Assembly (NCBI GenBank): GCA_900551855.1
Contig: URXM01000002.1
Span: forward strand, 102,290-166,289
Reading direction: 5' to 3'
DNA from: an uncultured Eubacteriales bacterium
Lineage (GTDB): Bacteria > Bacillota > Clostridia > Christensenellales > UBA1242
Length of the DNA stretch: 64,000 bases
The translations under genes were made by a program, and so were the position numbers. The stretch's first letter is position 1. Each line of letters opens with the position of its first letter. The notes under the pieces are model-generated. The model was not told the origin of the DNA and searched no databases. It was given only the letters and a program-made list of their open reading frames with translations. This document shows positions 54,512 to 61,682 of this stretch, in pieces.

Positions 54512-54870
54512 TGAAAAGAACTTATCAAACTTCTGCTGATTTGCCAGAAAGCGAACAGGTGAAAACTTTGAACGAACTTAAACTTGGCTATTTGAATTTG
54601 AGCGACGGAATGTTTGAACAAGCAAAAGTCAACTTTCTTCTTGCTCTTCAATATGACAGCAAATGTGCAGATGCTTATTGGGGATTGATGCTTGTCAAGT
54701 TTCAAATAAAAAATGAAGACGAGTTATATTCCAATCCAAATACATATAAAAGTGCGGTTTATCTTCCAGAATATGAAAAAGCAATTGAATATGCTGAAGA
54801 AAATCAAAGAAAAAAATATGAAGATTTGTTGGACAGAATCTATAAGATCAACGAAGGAGACAATTATTGA
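54511..54870 (+). CDS. Small TPR-like helical protein
   Basis: The start overlaps the upstream stop (TAATG). The segment FEQAKVNFLLALQYDSKCADAYWGLMLVKFQIKNEDEL resembles a TPR unit and recurs in the 1273-aa protein of the same operon. Confidence 0.55.
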   Translation: MKRTYQTSADLPESEQVKTLNELKLGYLNLSDGMFEQAKVNFLLALQYDSKCADAYWGLMLVKFQIKNEDELYSNPNTYKSAVYLPEYEKAIEYAEENQRKKYEDLLDRIYKINEGDNY

Positions 54871-54902
54871 TTTTTTGAAATCAATATGCAAAAGGAGCAA
54901 AT

Positions 54903-55517
54903 ATGTGGTGGCCATTTAGAAGAAACAAATTTAAAAATTTGAATAGAGAGGATCTTGTCAATTCTATTTGCGAACTTGAAAGACAAGAACGCACTGCCGA
55001 AGCAGAAGTTTATCAAAAGATAAAAGAGATTGATGCTTTGGTTGATAAAGGCAAGAAAGAGAAAAACAGAGAGTTGCAACTTTTCTATGCAAAGAAAATC
55101 AGTCATCTCAATGAAGAAAAGCAAACTTGTATGGAAAGAGGAATGTATTTGTTGTATAACATCAGGCTTATGAACAAACTTAAAGATGCATACGACAGCA
55201 ACACATTTTTCAAGACTCAAACAAAAGTGCCTTTAAGTGAATTGTTGCAAGACCAAAAGAGATTGGCAAAGTTTTTGAATAAAGCACTTGAAACAAGAAT
55301 TTCTTCCGAAGACGTTTTGACAAGTGCGGACGAACTTTTCAACGAAGTTCAATCTGCTTATGATGTAAGTCAACCAATTTATGGAGTTGGAAAAAACGAA
55401 GAAGAAATTTTGAGTATGTTTGAAAAAGAAAATCAGTTAAACGATGAGCAAGAACTCATGGAAGACAAAGAAAAGTCAGAACCAATAAAAAAGAAAAAGA
55501 TGAAGATGGAGGAATAA
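54903..55517 (+). CDS. ESCRT-III superfamily protein, Snf7/CHMP4-like (tentative)
   Basis: RBS AAAAGGAG. A 204-aa all-helical protein whose core IKEIDALVDKGKKEKNRELQLFYAKKISHLNEEKQTCMERGMYLLYNIRLMNKLKD parallels the CHMP4 alpha1-alpha2 hairpin. The C-terminus is acidic. Confidence 0.6.
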   Translation: MWWPFRRNKFKNLNREDLVNSICELERQERTAEAEVYQKIKEIDALVDKGKKEKNRELQLFYAKKISHLNEEKQTCMERGMYLLYNIRLMNKLKDAYDSNTFFKTQTKVPLSELLQDQKRLAKFLNKALETRISSEDVLTSADELFNEVQSAYDVSQPIYGVGKNEEEILSMFEKENQLNDEQELMEDKEKSEPIKKKKMKMEE

Positions 55518-55520
55518 AAA

Positions 55521-56126
55521 ATGGCTTGGTTTAAATCTAAACAACAAAAAGAAATCGAAAAGAAGATGTTGATTAAAAGAACAATCAACTCAATGAACAA
55601 ACAGATCAATCGTTTGGAAGATCAAAAACAAGTGTTTATTGATGCTGCAAAGAGAGCAAAACTTAAAGGGCTTGATGCACAATTCAATTTGGCTTTGAGC
55701 GGTTATAAAATGACTGTTCAACAACAAAAGAGAGCACAAGAGATGCTTTTAAACTTTGAAATCACTGCACAAATGAAAGATGTCACAATGATGACTTCAG
55801 AGTTTTTGCGTGGAATGAGTGACATAAGCAAGGAAATGACAAAACTTGCAGATGCAAAAGAATTTGCCAAGATTCAAGCTCAATTTGAAGAAGCTATGGC
55901 TGCCGTTGAAACTCAAACAGATCAAATGGACAACTTTATGGAAATGAGTCAAGAAACTTTCTACAATCAAGGTGTTGACAAGAGTGGAAAGCAAATGTCT
56001 GATGAAGAACTTGAAAAGTTTATTATGGAACAAGCTTCTCAAGACGAATTGTCAAGCGAAAACATTGACAAAGAGATGGAAGAAGTTAGAAAGAAAATCG
56101 AATCTGAAACATCAAGCAAAGAATAA
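55521..56126 (+). CDS. ESCRT-III superfamily protein, CHMP2/Vps24-like (tentative)
   Basis: RBS GGAGG. N-terminal MAWFKSK... (compare MxLFGK in CHMPs). INRLEDQKQVFIDAAKRAKLKGLDAQ parallels LDRERQKLExQEKKIIADIKKMAKQGQMDA. MKDVTMMTSEFLRGMSDISKEM parallels MKGVTKAMGTMNRQM. The N-terminal half is basic and the C-terminal half acidic. Confidence 0.7.
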   Translation: MAWFKSKQQKEIEKKMLIKRTINSMNKQINRLEDQKQVFIDAAKRAKLKGLDAQFNLALSGYKMTVQQQKRAQEMLLNFEITAQMKDVTMMTSEFLRGMSDISKEMTKLADAKEFAKIQAQFEEAMAAVETQTDQMDNFMEMSQETFYNQGVDKSGKQMSDEELEKFIMEQASQDELSSENIDKEMEEVRKKIESETSSKE

Positions 56127-56158
56127 TTTTCAATTAGTTTTATATAGGGGTTTTATCC

Positions 56159-57301
56159 ATGGAAGAGACAAACATAAATGTGCTTTCTGACACTTTTAAT
56201 CTTTATATGAAAAAAGGCAAAGAAGCAAAAGAAAAAGGGAATATTACACTTGCAAAGCGAAATTTTTTGCTTGCTAGCGAAACAATGATGCAAATGGCAA
56301 AACAAAGCACTGGCAAACTCAAAGAAGTTCGTATGGATAGAGCACGCCGTCTTGTTGAGATTTCTGACAATTTAAACAAAAAACCTGCAAAGATAAACAA
56401 GAAAGATGAAAAAACAGAAGATGAAGAAGACGAAGATGTAAAAAAATGGCAAGCCGCAGAGATCCCTAAGATAAAATTTAGTGATGTTGCTGGGCTGGAA
56501 GATGTCAAAAAAGCAATCACTATAAGAATGATAAATCCTATCAAATATCCAGACAAATACAAAATGTATGGCAAAAAGACAGGCGGAGGAGTCTTGTTGT
56601 ATGGACCTCCAGGAACTGGTAAAACAATGATTGCCAAAGCGATTGCAAATGAAGTTGGGGCAAAATTTTATGCTGTTAAGGGCTCTGATATTGTCAGTAA
56701 ATGGGTTGGTGACAGTGAGAAAAACATAAATTCACTTTTCCAAGAAGCCAACAAACAAGACAGAGCAATCATCTTTATTGATGAAATGGACAGCCTTATT
56801 GGCAGGCGTGGACTTGACACTCACAATGACAAGAGAGTAAATGAATTTTTGCAACAAATTGATGGTTTTGCAGGAAGAAATCCAAACTTACTTTTGCTTG
56901 GTGCAACAAACAGACCTTGGGATATTGACAGTGCCGCAATGCGTTCGGGCAGATTTTCACAGAAGATTTATTTGCCTTTGCCAGATGCACCAGCAAGAAA
57001 ATTTATGATTGAAAAAAATATGAAAGGTGTTCCTGTTGCAAAAGATTTTGATGTGGACAAAATAGTCGCACAAACCGAGATGTATAGTGGGGCAGACATT
57101 GAAGAACTTTGTGACAGAGCAAAAGATGAGCCTCTTTTGAAAGCTATTGCAACAGATAGCATTATATTGGTAACCAACAAAGATTTTGATGATGTGCTTG
57201 AAAAAATGCCACCTAGTGTGACACCAAAAGAGTTGAAACAATTTGAAGAATACAACAACGAAATCAATGGTTACATAAAAAACAAAAAAGCAAAAAAATA
57301 A
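56159..57301 (+). CDS. Vps4/CdvC-like AAA+ ATPase (MIT-like N-domain plus a single AAA cassette)
   Basis: The N-terminal ~70 aa match the three-helix MIT pattern (KKGKEAKEKGNITLAKRNFLLASETMMQMAK...RMDRARRLVEISDNL), followed by an acidic linker. Motifs: FSDVAGLEDVKKAI, Walker A GPPGTGKT, SKWVGDSEK, Walker B IIFIDEMD, SRH ATNRPWDIDSAAMRSGRF. The C-terminal helix is PSVTPKELKQFEEY. Confidence 0.85.
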   Translation: MEETNINVLSDTFNLYMKKGKEAKEKGNITLAKRNFLLASETMMQMAKQSTGKLKEVRMDRARRLVEISDNLNKKPAKINKKDEKTEDEEDEDVKKWQAAEIPKIKFSDVAGLEDVKKAITIRMINPIKYPDKYKMYGKKTGGGVLLYGPPGTGKTMIAKAIANEVGAKFYAVKGSDIVSKWVGDSEKNINSLFQEANKQDRAIIFIDEMDSLIGRRGLDTHNDKRVNEFLQQIDGFAGRNPNLLLLGATNRPWDIDSAAMRSGRFSQKIYLPLPDAPARKFMIEKNMKGVPVAKDFDVDKIVAQTEMYSGADIEELCDRAKDEPLLKAIATDSIILVTNKDFDDVLEKMPPSVTPKELKQFEEYNNEINGYIKNKKAKK

Positions 57302-57311
57302 GGGTTTTTAA

Positions 57312-60300
57312 GTGAGAGAGCGTGTTTGTAAAAATTGTGGAGGGAGAAAATATAAAGTTGTTGGGCAGAACATGGTTAAATGTATGTTCTGTGGAACTCT
57401 CTATGTAGACGAACAGGCTTCCAAGGAAGAAGAAGTCCTTACAGTCAGAGCTTATGACAAACTTAGAGAATGCAAGTTTGACGAAGCTGTTGATGAATTT
57501 GACAAGATCTTGTCTTTATATCCAATGTCTTTTGAAGGAAGATATGGAAAAGTTTTAGCAAAAAATAAAATCATTCTTTACACAAACAAAAGAGGAGTTT
57601 CAAAAAGACCTCGTTTTTTTGGCGAAGAAATACCTTCAATTTTGGAAGAGGAAGACTTTAAAGAAGCAGTAAAAAATGCACCTCCAGAAATGGCAAAAAC
57701 ATATACGGACCAAGCCAAGAGAATTGAAAAAATAAGAAAAAATTATTTGGAAGAGACAAGCAAAGACAAATATGATGTTTTTGCTTGTGCCTTAGATTTT
57801 GATAAAGAAGACGAAAATAGTGTCGTAGCAAAAGCATTGGAAGAATTGAAAAACGAAGGTCTTGCTGTTTATTTTGTTCAAGGACTTGATCATAGAGAAA
57901 GAGAGGAAGATTCTTTCCAAGCATTGAAAACAGCAAAAGTGTTTTTACTTTTTGCAAACGATGAAAAAAATTTCAACAATGGGGAAATAAAGAATTTTTA
58001 CGACAGATACTTATATTTTATCTCTCAAAGAAAAAAGACAAAAAGCAGTTTTATCATTGCGCTAGACAGCGAGAAAATTTCTGCTTCAGAATTGCCAAAA
58101 GAATTGACCACATTTAAAAATGTTGTGGATATAAACCAAATTTCTTTTTTACAAGATTTGAAAGTAATCGTAAAAAAAGAAATGGAAAATTCTATTGATG
58201 AAGTTGCGAAAATAGACACAGTTAAAATTGAAAAAGTCGAGCCAGAGAAAAAAGCATATGTTGACATTGAAAGCATAAATCCAAGTGAGCTTGGACATTA
58301 TCATGTTGAAAATGTTGAACTTAGTGATGCAAACAAAATCAAATGGATTTTCTTGACGCTGAAGAATGGTGATTTTGCTTCGGCGACAGACTTGATTGAA
58401 AAGGGTTTGGAAAAAGATCCATACAATTCGGAACTTATGTTTGCACAGCTTATGGCCGAAAACAACATCAAAACTCAAGAAGAGTTTTTCTTGAATATTG
58501 CAAACTTTAGGGACAAAGAAAAAATTGACAAACTGCTCACTTATGCTTCAAAAGATTTTGCAGAATATTTTGTTGACAGTTGGGAAAAACTTGTTGAGAG
58601 ACTTGATAGTGAGGAATATTACAACGCATTTTTACTTTATTTGGCAAAGTATACATCACCAAACAGAAATAACTTTATTGAAAAAGCAGAAAACAAGGCT
58701 GTTGAAACATTAAATGAAGAACTGATTGACAAAGTTTTGAAGTGTTTTAAAAGTGATGAAGTTGATAGATTTGTTCAATTTTACTTTATGCTTGCACAAA
58801 AAAGTGATGATCAAAAATATTATCAAAAAATTTTGGACATTGATGCTGGACACGAACAAAGCAATATTGCTGTTTTGTTGCAACATTTCAAGACTGAAGA
58901 AGATTTGCTAAACTATCGAAACAAAGAAGAAATAGAAAATTCATTTAAATATTTAAGTGAAAATTCAAGGACAAGATTTGTTTCTTCTTTGATAAATATG
59001 ATTTTGCCAATTGCGTTTTATGATTTATCAAAGGCAGAAGAACAGTTGGATTTCTATTTGTCATATGTTGCCGATGATCAAGAGCTTGCAAAGATACTTC
59101 AACAAATTGCGAGCGTTTTTCAAGAGCAAGGATTTTTTAAACAAGCAGAAAAATATATTTCTATTGCTATTTCAAAGGATAATTCAAACAGCGAATTATA
59201 TTGGCAACTTATAGAAATCAAAGCTCATTGCAAAACCGACAATGAGATCATTATGTCAAATGTAAAGGTTTCTCAAATGCCAGAATGGGAAACATTGCTT
59301 AGTCTGTCAGATGAAAAACAAACAGAAAAGTATGCTGAAATCACAAGCAAAGCAAATTTATATTCTGGAGAAAAAATCCCATTTAAAATGGATTTGCCTG
59401 ACAAGGTTAATTTGATACAAGAGATACAAGATTTTGTTAATAGAAACGAAAAGATTTTGTTGGAGATAGAAAACCAAGAAGGGGACAAAGTCTTAAAAGG
59501 AATAAAATATTATAGCCTTCAACTTCAGCCTTTTGAAAAATATATTGAAGATATAAAAGGTATAAAAGACTTTAAAGATTATCAAGATATTTATTCAAAA
59601 ATCAATTCAAGACTAGAAGCCTTAAATTTGACATTGTTGACATCTGTAAATGTTATTGATTTGTTGAATAAGAGCGAAGGTCTTGTTGCAGTTTTTCAAG
59701 ATTCAAAACCAAAAATCACTAAAAAATCAAAACAAAAAGACATAAGAGACATAAAGAAAGATAAGTTTATTAAAAAGTTTTTATACATATTTTTGGAGCT
59801 ATTCCCAATCTTGTTTACAACTTTGCTTTTGGTGGTTTTGCTTGTCAATCCAAAAGAAGTTTACTTGTATTTCAGTCAAGAATTTTTGATAGTTTCTATG
59901 ATTTTTTCAACTTTGATAGGAATGATAAATCTTGTTGTTTTTATCAATATTAGGCACAAAGTTTCAAAGAAATGGAATATCGCAAACAGTATTCTGTTTT
60001 GTGTTGCCGGAATAAACATCATATTGATGTTGGCAGGACTTTATCTTTTCCCAGTGACAATGCAAATCAACAATGCAAAAGAAATGAGAGTGTTGCTCAA
60101 GAATGCCTCTTATTCAAATTTTGAATTGACAACGGACATTGATATGAGTGATAAGTCTTGGCAATCATTCAATTTTAGTGGATCATTAAATGGAAATGGA
60201 CACTCACTTACAAATTTAAAATTTGACAACAAAGATGGCAAGATTGGTTTGTTTAAAAGAAACAGTGGAGATATTAAAAATTTACAAATCTATTTGGCAG

Positions 60301-61133
60301 ATGAACAATATTCAAATATAAACAGATTTGGACCTATTGCAAGGTCAAATTATGGAGCAATTGAAAACTGTGTTGTTTATGGGACAATTGAATTAAACAT
60401 AAATGAAAATGCTGTTGTTGGAGGAGTAAGTGCCTCTATGGAAGGCGGAACAATTTTAAATTGTGAAACTTATTTGACAATAACAATAAATGTTGAAGAT
60501 GCAAATCTTACTTATGGTGGAATTGTTGGAGAAGTGAGAACAAGCCAAGGTGAGACAATTATATCTAAATCAACGAACAACAGCAATGTGATGATAAATG
60601 CTAACAATGCTCAGACAATCAGCGCTGGTGGATTTGTGGGGATTTTAAGACATTTGGACAAAGATGACTTTGATTTCTCTATAAATGCAAGCAATTCAAA
60701 TTTGCAAGTTTCTGGAAATGGGCAAGAAGTGATTGCTGGTGGTCTTGTAGGTCAAGGATACAGCAGCAGTGAAAACAATTATTCGACAGGGCTTATTGAT
60801 TTGTCTGAATTTGTTGGAAGTGGCTATGTTGGTGGACTTTATGGTGAGTATGAAAACACATCACTTCTTGATAGTATAAAAACAAGTTATTCTCTTGTTT
60901 CACTTGATGTAAACGATCAAGTTAAGGTCGGCGGACTTGTTGGAAGCCTTGGGGGAAAAATTGTTTATTGTTTCTCAAATGTCGTAGACAAAGATTTGGT
61001 TGGAGATACAAGATTTTCTTCTGCAGGAGCAGATAATTGCAAGCAATTATCAAACAAATTTTATGATGAGAGTTTGAATTTTGACGAAAATGTATGGGTG
61101 ATAACTGATACGGCTTATCCAATTTTCAAATAA
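57312..61133 (+). CDS. 1273-aa modular membrane protein: Zn ribbon, TPR-like repeats, TIR-like module, more helical repeats, three TMs and an extracellular GLUG-repeat domain
   Basis: GTG start 7 nt after AAGGG. Zn ribbon CKNCGG...CMFCG. YDVFACA...AVYFV...VFLLFAN...SFIIAL (nt ~57771-58120) has a TIR/flavodoxin-like beta-alpha pattern. Three hydrophobic helices lie at nt ~59763-60060. About eight (V/A/Y)GG(L/I/F/V)VG-type GLUG repeats follow, ending in VWVITDTAYPIFK. Confidence 0.75.
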   Translation: MRERVCKNCGGRKYKVVGQNMVKCMFCGTLYVDEQASKEEEVLTVRAYDKLRECKFDEAVDEFDKILSLYPMSFEGRYGKVLAKNKIILYTNKRGVSKRPRFFGEEIPSILEEEDFKEAVKNAPPEMAKTYTDQAKRIEKIRKNYLEETSKDKYDVFACALDFDKEDENSVVAKALEELKNEGLAVYFVQGLDHREREEDSFQALKTAKVFLLFANDEKNFNNGEIKNFYDRYLYFISQRKKTKSSFIIALDSEKISASELPKELTTFKNVVDINQISFLQDLKVIVKKEMENSIDEVAKIDTVKIEKVEPEKKAYVDIESINPSELGHYHVENVELSDANKIKWIFLTLKNGDFASATDLIEKGLEKDPYNSELMFAQLMAENNIKTQEEFFLNIANFRDKEKIDKLLTYASKDFAEYFVDSWEKLVERLDSEEYYNAFLLYLAKYTSPNRNNFIEKAENKAVETLNEELIDKVLKCFKSDEVDRFVQFYFMLAQKSDDQKYYQKILDIDAGHEQSNIAVLLQHFKTEEDLLNYRNKEEIENSFKYLSENSRTRFVSSLINMILPIAFYDLSKAEEQLDFYLSYVADDQELAKILQQIASVFQEQGFFKQAEKYISIAISKDNSNSELYWQLIEIKAHCKTDNEIIMSNVKVSQMPEWETLLSLSDEKQTEKYAEITSKANLYSGEKIPFKMDLPDKVNLIQEIQDFVNRNEKILLEIENQEGDKVLKGIKYYSLQLQPFEKYIEDIKGIKDFKDYQDIYSKINSRLEALNLTLLTSVNVIDLLNKSEGLVAVFQDSKPKITKKSKQKDIRDIKKDKFIKKFLYIFLELFPILFTTLLLVVLLVNPKEVYLYFSQEFLIVSMIFSTLIGMINLVVFINIRHKVSKKWNIANSILFCVAGINIILMLAGLYLFPVTMQINNAKEMRVLLKNASYSNFELTTDIDMSDKSWQSFNFSGSLNGNGHSLTNLKFDNKDGKIGLFKRNSGDIKNLQIYLADEQYSNINRFGPIARSNYGAIENCVVYGTIELNINENAVVGGVSASMEGGTILNCETYLTITINVEDANLTYGGIVGEVRTSQGETIISKSTNNSNVMINANNAQTISAGGFVGILRHLDKDDFDFSINASNSNLQVSGNGQEVIAGGLVGQGYSSSENNYSTGLIDLSEFVGSGYVGGLYGEYENTSLLDSIKTSYSLVSLDVNDQVKVGGLVGSLGGKIVYCFSNVVDKDLVGDTRFSSAGADNCKQLSNKFYDESLNFDENVWVITDTAYPIFK

Positions 61134-61135
61134 AA

Positions 61136-61175
61136 ACAAAAGTGATACTTAAAAAATATCACTTTTTCTTTTTTG
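61136..61175 (+). terminator. Rho-independent terminator closing the operon
   Basis: AGTGATA (61141-61147) pairs with TATCACT (61157-61163), then a T-run. Confidence 0.7.
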
Positions 61176-61184
61176 CAAAATTAG

Positions 61185-61229
61185 TTGACATTTTTTTGTG
61201 AAAAGAATATAAATAGTTAGTATGCTAAC
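61185..61229 (+). promoter_or_regulatory. Promoter with a candidate MarR operator palindrome
   Basis: TTGACA (61185-61190), 17-nt spacer, TATAAA (61208-61213). Inverted repeat GTTAG (61216-61220) / CTAAC (61225-61229) lies at the expected transcription start. Confidence 0.55.
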
Positions 61230-61246
61230 AATCGGAGGGAAAAGTC

Positions 61247-61675
61247 GTGTTTTCAATTGTTTTATCTTTAAAATCATTAAACCATGCCATTATGCGAAGA
61301 TTTGAAAAAGAGTTAAAAAACTTTGATATCACTGGTGGTCAATTTATGATTTTGAAATATCTTTTTGACCATCAAAAAGAAGATGTTTATCAAAAAGATA
61401 TAGAAAAATTTATAAGTGTTAGAGGTTCAACCGCAACAGTTGTCTTGCAGACTTTAGAGAAAAAAGGTTATCTTGAAAGAATTGTAAACTTAAATGATGG
61501 TAGGTTAAAAAAGATCATTCTTTGTGATAAAGCTAAGAAAATGGTTGAAGATATACAAAACAGAATGATAAAACTTGAAAAGAAAATTGAAAATGGATTA
61601 TCCGAAGAAGAAAAAAAATGTTTTTCTTCTGTTGTTGAGAAAATAAAGAATAATATACAAAATCAAGAGGAATAA
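61247..61675 (+). CDS. MarR-family transcriptional regulator
   Basis: GTG start behind GGAGGG. Winged-helix pattern (ITGGQFMILKYL..., DIEKFISVRGSTATVVLQTLEKKGYLER, NDGRLKKI). Confidence 0.85.
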   Translation: MFSIVLSLKSLNHAIMRRFEKELKNFDITGGQFMILKYLFDHQKEDVYQKDIEKFISVRGSTATVVLQTLEKKGYLERIVNLNDGRLKKIILCDKAKKMVEDIQNRMIKLEKKIENGLSEEEKKCFSSVVEKIKNNIQNQEE

Positions 61676-61682
61676 ATCAATT

